Shown here piece by piece: positions 26,651 to 37,984 of a stretch of 64,000 bases of DNA. Position numbers and translations under genes: made by a program. The notes under the pieces were generated by a model, which saw only the letters and a program-made list of their open reading frames with translations, did not search any database and was not told the DNA's origin. This DNA comes from Kondoa subrosea (lineage: Eukaryota). The DNA lies in contig BCIN01000003.1 of the NCBI GenBank assembly GCA_039545335.1, positions 1,747,941-1,811,940 on the forward strand, written 5' to 3'. Every line of letters starts with the position of its first letter. Within the stretch, counting starts at the first letter, position 1.

Positions 26651-28191
26651 TCAATCAGTACCTACTTTACGGCATAGTCTTTGCAAGAGAACCAGGTGGG
26701 CCAGAAACATTCCGAGACTGCCATACCAAGTCGCACAGCTTTCAAGAGTATCTCCTCGATAAGGCAACCACATGTTCCAGGAGACTTCGAGCAGCAAGGC
26801 TAAACAGGAGCGATAGAGCCAGGATAGTTGTGCGGCGTGATAAAGTAGTGGTAGAGAGTGGAAGTACCTGTTATTCATGCGGGTAAGGCAATGGGTCCGA
26901 GTAATGGTGCAAGTAACACAGACCATATGTAGAACGAATAATGCAGAGATCTTGACCAGATGATTCCGGTAAAGTGAGTGGTAAATAGAAGAATAGCAAT
27001 ATTATATCGATGCTGGGCATCATTTGCTGGTGGTGATAAGTTACTTGAGTATATTTTGTACTGCTTATGGATGAAGAACGCCAGGAAACCAAGGTGCAGG
27101 ATTTGCAGACCAAGAGCGAAAGGCAGGCTAGCGAAGGTTTGACGTGGGACAAACTTCCAGGAGACACTCTGTGAACTCTTATCAGCTATCGGGAGCATTC
27201 TGTATTAGACAAGCATACATTGAACCAAGCAAAGGTGCGACTTAATTCGAATGACCGAGAGATGTACATCTTAGGGTTGACGACAATGAAGGGCATAGCG
27301 AGCAGAAGTTGAAGTAGAAGTCCATATCGCGAAGCAATCAGAGTCTGTCTCCATCCCAAAGTACTGAAGTAGTGTACGACCACGCCAGGAGCCCAGAGTA
27401 GGCCATTCATTTTGATGCTGGCTCCGAAGCTGAACATGCTAATGACCAGAGCTGGACTCTTGCGTTGCAGAAGGAACAATATTCCGAGGAGAGAGAAGAA
27501 TACTTGTGGGCAATCATTGAATAGGCCGTTGACGAAGACGTTTCTAGCTCGTAAGGTGAAGAGAAAGAAGAGGCAGTCCAGATGCGGAGTGAGGCTAGTC
27601 AGGGCATAAATACGGTGAGCGACCTAATAAAATCAGTCATGAAACCGAGAGATAGCAGCTACTTTATGGCCTACTGAAGTGACAGCTACGCTTAGCACGA
27701 GGAAGGTGAGCTGAGCACTAAGATAACCAGACCAGCCAGGATCCTCCGCTATCCCAAAGACTCGTTCGGCTAGGATGAAGAGCCAAGCATGCCCTCCAGC
27801 TGATGGAAAAGCATGAGGTCAGATGTTTGTGATACGCACTTGTCCAGCTCACGATAGACCAAAGGGCCTGTTTGCATCATCAGCATATCGAATAGCTAGG
27901 CATTGATGCGCACCTGTAGGTCCAGTTGCTTCCGCATAGTCCCAATTAGAGCTCAGCTTCCTAGCTTGAACCAGGTAGGTTGGATAGTCTACAGCGCAAG
28001 AATTAGCGGCTGCCTCAGTAGCTTACAGATGGCGCACCTATGGGATGCAGCGGCCCATGATGGAGAAAGAGCAGATCCAGCAGAAAAGAGATGCAAAGCA
28101 AGATTGGAGACCAATGTTGTTTGTAGAGATGATACGCTTGCGAGTCCTGTACGCGCTGCACTACATCTTGCAAGGCGCCTCTCTCGACCAT
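26651..28191 (-). CDS. ALG3: ALG3-family (GT58) Dol-P-Man-dependent mannosyltransferase, divergent
   Basis: IDYPTYL, TGPLVYPGG, GLFND, SIKMNGLLWAP, SRSLHYSFYIWYFHSLP; multiple hydrophobic segments. Confidence 0.82.
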
Positions 28192-28331
28192 TCAGCTGCT
28201 GTAGTAATAATCTTGTATTGCAGTCACGAGTCGAGAAGAACATGACAGGCAGATACAAGGCAAGAAGTCTATCTAATGGACGTGATATTACAACACACAA
28301 GTGATTCCCTTATATTCATACGCCAGAATAG

Positions 28332-30847
28332 TTACAAAGCAGTTTTCTTGGCTGCTGGTTGCTGTTGAATGGCATTCACACTCGTCGCCAAACCAGTTTC
28401 ATCTATCTTCCTCTTTGTTGCGGTGGATGTGCCAGCTTGTTGTACGACAGCAGGAATACTTGTCGCTGGAGAAGGTGTTGCGGCAGCAGCTTCGGCAGCT
28501 CTCTTTCTCTTCAACTTCTCCTTGAACTAAAACAGAACTGCTTAGCTCGCTATTCTTGAGATACAAGAAGAATGAAGGAGATATACATGCTGAACGATAT
28601 AACTCTGCAAGATCTGCAAAGCTTTCTGAGCACCTAATCTACTCAATTGATTGATTTGTTCCGGTTTCATTTGGCCGAAGATATTAGGCGATAAGATCAA
28701 TGCTCCTTCATGCAAAACTATAGGAGGATCTTTGAGTAGTTGAGCTGCAACTTCATCAGTTGAGTTTGATATTTGTTGCTGAGAGGCTGGAGCTTTATAA
28801 GTTGCTGGAATTGGTCCAACTACGATCTTGACTGATTGTACTGGTCGAGCTGGTTGACCATTGACTACAGTTGTGCCCGGTCGAGCTGTTGTGCCAACTT
28901 TGGGCGCTTGAGCGGAAGTAGAAGCCACAGGCTGTGCAGTAACAGGAGCCGGTCGAGAAACAGTTCCATTGGCTGGTTTTGGAGTAGCAACTTGCGCTGC
29001 AGATGTGGATGGTTTAGGAGGAATAGATTTGATAGTAGGTGGGACAGCTTTAGCAGGAGCAGAAATCTTGATAGTCTGCTTGACAGCTGGTGCTTTGGGC
29101 GGAACAACTCGAACTGGAGGTTTCTTTGGTACGATTGCTGCTGCAGGTCTAGGTGGAGCACCTTCTTCATCTTCATCTTCTGAGATCCCATCAAAAATCA
29201 ATCCAACGGTTTCATCGTATACCCAGAAATTTCCTTTGCCAGGTTCATCTGATCGTCGAGGCGTTTTGACAAATCCTTTATTTGTGCTCAAATGTTGTTG
29301 AACAGAGTTCTAGTTCCGAGATTTGAGCATCGTCTTTATTGCGCGAATAACCAAACTCACCAGCCAACCAACTTTATCTCGATTCGCATCATACCAAGGA
29401 TAAATTCTGGCGATCCAATCTTGAATGACAGCTGAAGTCAATTTCTTATCCGAATTGTAATGCATACATTGACCAATAAGGGAAGGGAAAGAGTAAGGAG
29501 GTTTAGTAGGACCGTCCACATATTCGTTAGAAGGTTTGCGAAGCGGTAAAATAGTGTAAGTAGCTGGATCGATTTCTTGCCCGTCCCCATCGGGAGGTGG
29601 TGCACGACGTTTTCCTTTGGGTCGCTTAGTTGCTGGTTTAGCTGCTTTCTTTGATGCTGAAGCTGGTGCTGCGGCAGTTGACGTGGATGCAACAGGTGCT
29701 GTGATTTTGATCTGCTGTCTTTTCGTTCCCGGTGCTAGAGTATTAGGTGGTAGAACTGAAGGACTAGCTAATGCTGGTGAAAGAAGAGGAGGTGTTGGTT
29801 TGGCTGAAGATGGCGACGAGGCAGCGTTCTTGAGCTTTGTAGCAGGCGAAACAGGATTGAGTTCAAGCAACTCGATTTCGTCATCTTCAATCAGACGTTT
29901 GGGTTGAGATGAAGATGTAATAGATGCGCCATTAGGCTTGTCTCCATCGTGAAGCGATTCTAAGTCATCTTCGTCTGAAATCTTAACTTCACCGTCAGAG
30001 GAAGATTCACCGCTGCTTGAGTGATAAGATCCGTGGCGATCAGGAGCAACTTCATGATGAGCTAAAGACTCTGGTAGCACAAAATAGAAGATGTGTTCGG
30101 CGATTTGGATCTTCGTTCTGTTCGCGTATTGAGAACTCATCAGCCTCAAAGCAGATTAAATCCCAGCACCACGAACCTATGATTCAAAGCAATAACATCT
30201 TCTCTAGCTCTCCATCGACCGTCAACAACCACACCATTACGACCTCTAACTTCTAATGCCCAGTTCTCCCATCCATTATGATAAAAACACCTCGCATGAT
30301 CTCTAGAAACGGCTTTGATCGGTCCCAAATCCACATCCACATGTACTAAAGGATCATCCACTAATGTAGCAGTAGAATCTTCCTTTTTCAAACCGTTTTG
30401 AGCAGAATAAGCAGGTGGTGGATCTGAAGGAGTATTTGATCTAGCTCGTTCAGGTTTCTTCTCACAAAAATCTTCGAAGTCCGTGGGCTCTTCTTCTTTT
30501 GCTTCATCTCCTCCTGGTGATGTTGATCGAGTAGCAGAGACAGGTATCAAACTTGGAGAAAGAGTTACGTTCTTGATTGTTTGCAAAGGTGAGGCTCTTC
30601 CAAGTGCAGACGAGGATGAATGATGCGTAGGTTGCATAAGACCAGAAGGAAGCATTAGCATGGGAGGTAGTCGACCTATCGTGACTGAAAGAGTTTTGAT
30701 ATAAAACGAGTAGTTAGGAAACTCCAAAGCAGCGTAAGCTTGAATCTTTGAATCATCAGGTCTGGAGCTCTTCATCTGTGGTTGTGGCATAGCCAGACCG
30801 AGAGGCATAGCCAAATGCGAAGTCGAAGGAAAAACTGGTGCTGTCAT
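28332..30847 (-). CDS. FHL1: FHA + forkhead transcription factor, Fhl1-like
   Basis: IQAYAALEF...TLSVTIGR, VDLGPIKAVSRDHA, GRNGVVVDG (FHA); KPPYSFPSLIGQ...NSVQQHLSTNKGFVK...PGKGNFW (forkhead). Confidence 0.8.
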
Positions 30848-31330
30848 CTGGGATTTCAATGTAAAGGCGTTTTCACGAGTGCCATAGCTGGGAATAGCTG
30901 GAAATCCACTAGTACGCTGCAAAGAGCGACATCCTCGTGAACGAATCCGAATTGGGTCTGCAGTGATTGTCTCGGTCACCGTGTCGGGTTAAAACGTGAA
31001 TTGTTACAGCGACTCGGCTGGGAAAAGAGCAGAAGGCGGCGAGCGGCGAAGACTGCACTATTCGCTGCGCTATATCGTTCCGTCTATCGGCATTTCATAA
31101 TCAATTCATGCAGATATCATAATACTTGTCAAATACGATCAAGCTTTAAAGCAGTACTAAAGGTTACAAAGTAGTGGAACATAGCTCTGGTCCAGCTGTC
31201 TTGGGGCTACAGTATTAATGCGAGGATGACTTTATCTGCTCGACCGCGATTTGCATAATACCCCAAAGTTAGGCTATACCACAGATCTTTGATATACCAC
31301 TTGCCTCTATCGTCAGCGACAGACGTAACT

Positions 31331-32648
31331 ATGGATGCATCCGCGAAATTAGCAAACAAGAGCTATCTGGACGAAGATTTGCTGGTTGCGCTGCAAGACG
31401 AGCTTGAAGAGCTTAATAAGTCTGCGACTGGTCCTCCTCTGACTGGCCGAGAAGCTAAAGGTCGCGGAATACTCTCCAAAGGCAAGACGAAAGCGTGGTA
31501 TTTTACAATTGTGAATTGCGGCGAGCGGTACTTTGCTCAATTTGCGCACATAAGAATGAGGGAGCTTATGATTAATTCAGGCAATTGCTGTACGGGAGGA
31601 GCGAGGACGATTGGTTCGAAAGCGCTTTGGCTTGGCCGGATGATGCACCTCAGACTCGCAAAAAGTGCCAAAGGCAAGATGGCAGCAGCTGAAGGCAAGA
31701 GCATGTTCGAAGTCAACGTCACCATCCTTTGTCTCTGTTTCGATCTTATTTCGAGCGCTTTCGTCTTGGCTCCCAATCCGCTTGAAAGTGTTCAATGGGC
31801 AATTGCGGCTGGCATGTTTCAGCTCTCCGTGAAGGCATGCGCATGTCCAACACCTTTTTGATGTTTGTCGTGTTGCTTATTGAGTTGGTCAGGATATAAT
31901 CTGTCAGGCCTCTCAGAGGGACCGGCAGGAGGACTGGCACGCGAAAATGGAGCATATACAAGGTGTACTCCAATGCTGCATGGAGCCATCAACCACATTA
32001 CTGAATGTGTCTTTCCAACTTGTCGACTTCCCTTTGATCTCAATACGATTGATCTTGCAGCAAGTCAGATTAAAGCCGTCGATGGGTTGATGCGAACCTC
32101 AATGAGACGCTACTTCCTTCTCCCTACTTCTTTCACTGATTCAATGAGCGATATGTTCTTTGGCGAGAAAAAGACAAAGGTTGACGAAGAGGACACAACT
32201 CGTGCTTTGGGAACCAATGCATACCTGATTTGGCATACCATGACTACAGTACGTTCTACATCCTGCCGGTGGATTTCTTTGTTGCTTACCCTTGCACCCA
32301 TGCAGGGCATTGGGATTTGCCCTTCAGAACCACCTATGAACGCCCGGGTCATATGGCTATTCGCTTGTAACAATCCTACATGCACTCGCAAGGTTGATAA
32401 AGGCGACATGGAAAGCTACAATCGTCTGAAGCTATCTAAAAGGTGCTCGAGGTACGCGAGGCCAATTTCTTTTTCACATGCGTAATCTCATCAGGTTTCG
32501 TAGGTGCCGCAAAACGCGCTATTGCTCTAGTGTTAGCTGCTAAGAGTGATGCTCCTGCTCCTGCTCCTGCTAATGCAACTGTCAATAGGAATGTCAAATC
32601 ACCCACTGGAAAAGCAGACACAAATTGGAATGCAAAATCGAAGCATAG
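31331..32648 (+). CDS. MYND-type zinc finger protein with unknown N-terminal region
   Basis: Spliced C-terminus CNNPTC...RCSRCRKTRYCS.ECQITHWKSRHKLECK; internal exon structure uncertain. Confidence 0.75.
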
Positions 32649-33302
32649 TACCTGTCTATCATTTACAGCAGAGTGAAGCACCGAACAACTGGACGGGCAA
32701 ATTAAGAGCAGGCGAAGAGTCCTATCTGACTTGCCAGCAGATTACATAAGTTATTTAGACTCTGCTTACTTGCATCCATCAACACATTATGTCAAGTTCC
32801 TGGTATCCCGGTCCTCGCGAAAGATTGTCTATATATTCACTGGGATCCTGTCTTGCCTGCGCCCTCCTAGCAATACAAAATCGAACTCAAACTGGTCTAC
32901 AGCATGTTTCTCGCATTGACTTGACTCCGCAATTATCAAGGCTACTGGGAGTATGTGCATTTGCCTGATTGAGGCTGCTTGCGAATGAAGGAAATGATAA
33001 TGTGGTCAATGCCTGGGATGGCAGAAATCTCACTGTATGCACTCATATGGCCATGAACACGTTTCAAATATTCAATATGCGACTGCCTTCTGTGCTAGAG
33101 CTCTGTACTATTGAAGCAGGGCAAGTCCTTGGCATAGCAGGAAGAAAGCCAAAGTAATAGGTAATAGCATGAAGGTATCTTATGACTGATGCCATGTTAG
33201 TACAGCTATTTAAAAGCCTCAGTCTACTGGTAGATTTGATGAACGAGACTCACATACCTTTTACATCATTTGAAGAATGACTCCCGTTCCCCCATTTCCC
33301 TC

Positions 33303-33532
33303 TCAAGCATAAGCAGCATAAGTTCCGCCTGGATTCGTAGGAATTAGCCAATATAGACGCTTGTAAAAAAACAATCACGCACCTGGAGTCTTCCATCTCC
33401 CGGTCCGTTTGTTAACAGTGGTAGTTCTCCTGCGAACAAAGCATCATTCAGCTTTCAAGTCATGAGTGCAGCAATCAGAACTCACCTTCTCTGTTTGAAG
33501 ATAGCTCGAAAAAGTGAAGAGATTCCGAACAT
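33303..33532 (-). CDS. Three-exon 39-aa basic microprotein MFGISSLFRAIFKQRRRTTTVNKRTGRWKTPGGTYAAYA
   Basis: ATG in AAATCATG context; two canonical introns (GTGAGT..GCTGAA..CAG; GTGCGT..GCTAAT..CAG) whose removal keeps one frame to TGA. Confidence 0.7.
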
Positions 33533-33585
33533 GATTTGTTATTGTGTGATGTGATGTGGTGGTGAGGAAAGGAAAGAGAGAGAAA

Positions 33586-33762
33586 TTATAGTAGCTCGGG
33601 AAGGCAATGCTAGTATTCACGTGGATTAGTAAGCTAACTCATCGGCCGATGACCTGCAATGACGAGTGAAGCGTATAAGCATCAAGGGAGGCGATGCTTA
33701 TCGAGTGGGAGCTCAGGAGCAAGCACACAAAGCAGCATAAAGAGGTCGGTGATTACATAATC
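33586..33762. promoter_or_regulatory. Motif cluster in divergent promoter between microprotein gene and NOP9
   Basis: TATA-like element plus pyrimidine tract on the - strand; CACGTG 33618-23, TTAGTAA 33626-32, palindrome TCATCGGCCGATGA 33639-52, 9-bp inverted repeat 33675-33701, TTACATAA near 33753. Confidence 0.45.
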
Positions 33763-33936
33763 ACAGAGATAGTGGACAAAGGTTGTGTTTGGAGGGATGG
33801 TTTGTGCTGAACTGTTAAGATGGTATCTATTGGTCTCGTGTGCATGATATAGTGCTTATCTCTGAATCATCGCTGTTACGAGACAACCTTGATATTTTTT
33901 TGGGTCGGTCGCTTGTTCCACCACTTCCAGTCAGCC

Positions 33937-36585
33937 ATGCCTCGAGAATTCCAGAAGAAGCAGCGCCGCAAAGGCAAGAAAGATGGAATATCTACAGCTC
34001 AAGAAGATGTCCCTAAGCAAGTTGAAAAAATCAAGGCTCGATTGCCAGACCCTATACCAGAATCGGAATCAGCTGCTTATGGGCACAATACTGCCACAAA
34101 TACTACTGCTGGACAATCAGAATGGCCTTTGCTGGATCCTGATACGAAAGCTTACTGGAAACAGATTGAAGGCAGAATTCTCGAGTTGGAGCAATTGGGC
34201 ATTGCAGAGGTACAACCTGACAACGAAGGAGAAGAGGATGGTCAGTCAAAGTCTAAATATCTGCAAAGATCGACAAATAACAGTATGATTTAGAAAGGAA
34301 GCTCTTGCTTCGAGCTGTTCTGTCCAATCTACTGGAAAACGAAGCTGGACTCGCAACAGATGCAGATACTTCAATTGTGGTTGAAAGGTTGCTGTTCAGC
34401 TCAGATGACTTGATCAGAAGACAACTTGCACAGAAGTTTCTGGGAAAGTGAGTAACCCAGAATTTGGTCAGTTTTGGGATATTCTGATCCGTATCGCAAA
34501 AGATATGCTGCTCTTGCTCGTCATCAATATGGATCGCATGTTCTGCAAACGCTCTTTACTCTCAGCGCTTCAACAATTGAGCGAGAAGTGAGCCAGTCGT
34601 TCCCCTTTGCTGTAAAATCGCTAAACGGTGTAACAGAGTCGGGGCGTTATTGCGACTACTTCAGACTACCTCCTTGAGACTCCCGAAGAGCTTCCTTCAC
34701 TAACTACTCTTCTCTGTTCAGCAATTCGAGAACTCATACCAGATGCGCATGCAGCTTTGAGAGACAAATACGCTTCTCATCTCATTCGGACCGCTCTACT
34801 TCTCTTATCTGGAAAACCTATGCCCACACCTCAATCCAATGATAAATCTTCTTACCGATCAAAAAAGAGCCAGAAATGGAAAGCTGCCCAACCTGCTTTA
34901 AGACCTTTAATCTTGGAAGAAGTAGAGGATAAAGGCAAAGCGAAAGCAAGGAGAAATGTACCTGACGAGTTCTCTGTCGTTTTGATGGAATTGATTGAAG
35001 CTTTGGATCAAGCTTTAGGTAAAGGAACGCAAGGACAAGCTGCTAGACAAGCTGCGACCGAAGGGACTGCTGGAGTAGTCGTACAGATGCTATTGACTCT
35101 GGAAGAAGAAAGAGGTTGTAGCGATGTTCCGGGATCCTTGATGGATCGCTTACTGCTTGGCTTGATTACCTCTATGCGTGAGTTCCGATTGTACAGCTTC
35201 TATAAAATGTTTGCTGACCTCTCTATAGACAAAGACTCCAGCACCGAGCCTGAACGAACGGATTTCCTCGATGCTTCACTTCGAGAACAAGCTTCAGCGC
35301 ATACTTTCGAACTCATTTTATCTCTTGCTCCTCAACCGGTCTTTGATACTTTGTGGAACACTTATTTCGTCAATTCCCTACCTAAACTCGCTAGTCATCC
35401 GGTTGCCAATTTCTTGGTCGCCAAAGGTGTTGAGAGATTGAGCGAAGACCAAATGAGAAGTATGTTGGTTGATTTGACAAATAATGAAACTGGCTGTGCT
35501 CTTGTTGGTGCGTCGTTACGCGCTTGAATAATCAACCAATACTGACTACTGTGAGTAGAAAATCATCGCGCGGGCACTCTTACTGCCCTGTTAGAGCGTA
35601 GTATTGCTTTAAATGTTCTTCAAGCAGAAGTAGTTGAGGTCAGTCAATATCTGCAGCGGTATAACCTTTGTCTGATTTCATATCAGTTCTTGTACACCTC
35701 ATTCAAGCTTGTTGACGAAAAGAGGCTGCTTCTGGTACCTTGCGCAATCAGTTTACTGCAATATGAGGCGAGTGCTTCGTTTCCGCCTCAATGTGATAGT
35801 TAGCTAATTCGAGCCTGTGTAAACAGTTGTTCGCAAAATCGCCTGCAGCAACCAATCCAGACATAATCAACGATCCATCTATACAAGGCGCGCTTCTTCT
35901 CCAATCATGGCTCAAATTGTCGTCTGTCTATGCTTCTCAAGTTGTTGCCAGTCTATGCAATCTTCCATTACCGCAATTGATCGCAATGGGCAAACATTCA
36001 ATTGCTTCCCGAGTCATTGATGTCGCATTAGAATCAACTACTATTGCTGCAAAAGATCGAAGGAAGCTGCTGTTGCGCTTTTCTGGTCATTATCATGAAT
36101 TAGCGGACGATAAGCTGGGCAGCAGGGTAGCCGATAAATGTTGGGCTACTGCGGATGTTTTCTTGAAGGTGATTTCTCTCAATATCTCAGTGAGCAGCAA
36201 GCTGATGCCGGCGTCACCCTGACAGGATAAAATCGCCGAGTCTTTAGTGGGACACGATCAGTTCCTCCTTGGATCTCATTACGGTCACTACTTTCTTAAG
36301 AAGATTAACTTACCTCTGCATCAGCGGAGAAGGGAGGAGTGGAAGCTTAAGATGTCGCAACAAGCTGCAGCAGCTCTTGCGAAAGAAAAGGAAGCTGCTT
36401 TGGAGCTAGAAAGACAAGAATCGAGAAAGAGGAAAGCTGCCGACGAGATAGATGAGCTTTTTGCTACCGCGAAACCTTCAGTGGGGAAGAAGAGTAAGAA
36501 AGAGAAGAAGAAGAAGGAGAAACTTCAGGTTGATGATCCAGATTTGATAGAAGTATTCGGAGCGTTGCAGGAGAGTGCGAAGTAG
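33937..36585 (+). CDS. NOP9: Nucleolar Pumilio-repeat protein Nop9
   Basis: MPREFQKKQRR, LDPDTKAYWKQI, HQYGSHVLQTL, DKYASHLIRT, HPVANFLVAK, ADDKLGSRVADKCW. Confidence 0.9.
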
Positions 36586-36785
36586 ACTTCAAGTAGTGTA
36601 GTCCAACCTGCACAATAGTATCCTTGAGGGAATTGTTCAGTCATTCAATTCGTATACCCCCTTCTCGGGCCATCGGCTGTCATGGCTTCTTCTGACCGAG
36701 GGCTATGCTGTGCTTCTCTTTGATTCGAATCATCTTCTTCGCGATCTATAGCTTTCCAATCTTATTCCCTGTCATCTAGATCGAA

Positions 36786-37899
36786 ATGCGCGCAGCCAGT
36801 TTACAACATGATGCTCTTACTGCAGCACCTCGAATCGCGACTGTCCTGCAACAATGCTTCGGAACAGATCCTCCATCTCGCTATATGCTTGGTACGCGCG
36901 AAAATCGTCTATGGCCTGTCTGCAGTACATTTACTGTACTTTTCCCTCTCCACTCAGGACCCGCTGTCAGAGGGGACTATTCAAGCACCTTCTCTACGGA
37001 CTCTAATATTTCTCTTTTCTACGACGTCATGGCGCGAGCTGCTCGTCTCAATGATGCCGAGCTATGGCAGGTTGATGATTTTAAAGGTGTCGCTATCTGG
37101 TACAGCTCGTCTTTGCCTGTCGCGACGCAGTTCTTCTTTGACCAGTCTCGTAGGATGAAGCCGAACAAGACGTGCGACAATCCTTTTACATACATACAAA
37201 GCGGCAAGTGTTTTCGGTTGCGTACGCTCTGTAGGCGAAGCTAACCTTATTCGATCTTTTCAGGCTTGGTCTCTTTCATCTGGAACCTAGGCTTCAAGTG
37301 TCTTCAGCGTATGATATTCGAGTACTCTCCTGTGCGTCGCTCAAGATCACGATCAAAGATTCGCCGTAACTTGTCTGACAGATGTCGGAGGCGTGCAAGA
37401 AGAAGCATTGTCCCAAGAACCTACCGATATATTACCTCTTCTTCATCGCCGTGCTGCCGGAACATCAGGGGAAAGGTACTTCTCATGCTTTGAGAAATCT
37501 GGTGGTTGCTGACTTGACAACGCAAGGCTTGTCATCAGAAATGATCAAGCCATACATTTCTAAAGCGGACAAGGACCGAGTTGGGCTATGGCTAGAAGCT
37601 ACTACTGCAAAGTCTAGGGATATATACGAGCAAGTCTGACATCTTGTCTCTGCGCCAGCTGCTGATATCTTGTGAAAGACATTTAGGCTTCGAAGTCAAG
37701 GAAGAGGTGCTTCTATCCTCAGCCGATCAGGACGTATCTCTGACGCGATAGAAAGATGCGACTAGGCAAAGGCAAATCGGACGAGGAGGGAAGGTGAATG
37801 AGTTATTTTTACGTTAATGCTTGCAATAATGCTTTAAGTAGAAACCTGAAAGACGGTACGGGAGTGCCAGTTTGGGGGATGGTAAGGCTACCTAAATGA
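36786..37899 (+). CDS. GNAT-family N-acetyltransferase
   Basis: FKGVAIW, YYLFFIAVLPEHQGKGL, LWLEATTAKSRDIYE..GFEV. Confidence 0.85.
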
Positions 37900-37984
37900 G
37901 GTCTGAGGAGAGAAAGGCAGAAACGAACGCTAGGCTGATTCACTTGCAAAATTGACGACACCTGCTTTTTGGTTGTCTTCACCT

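Noticed and set aside
33303..33532. Microprotein as a mating pheromone precursor
   Set aside because: No C-terminal CAAX or internal peptide repeats; no STE3-like receptor or homeodomain genes in the window
8800..36585. UTP14, FHL1-like and NOP9 as a ribosome-biogenesis cluster
   Set aside because: Widely separated by unrelated genes; such genes are common enough for chance co-occurrence
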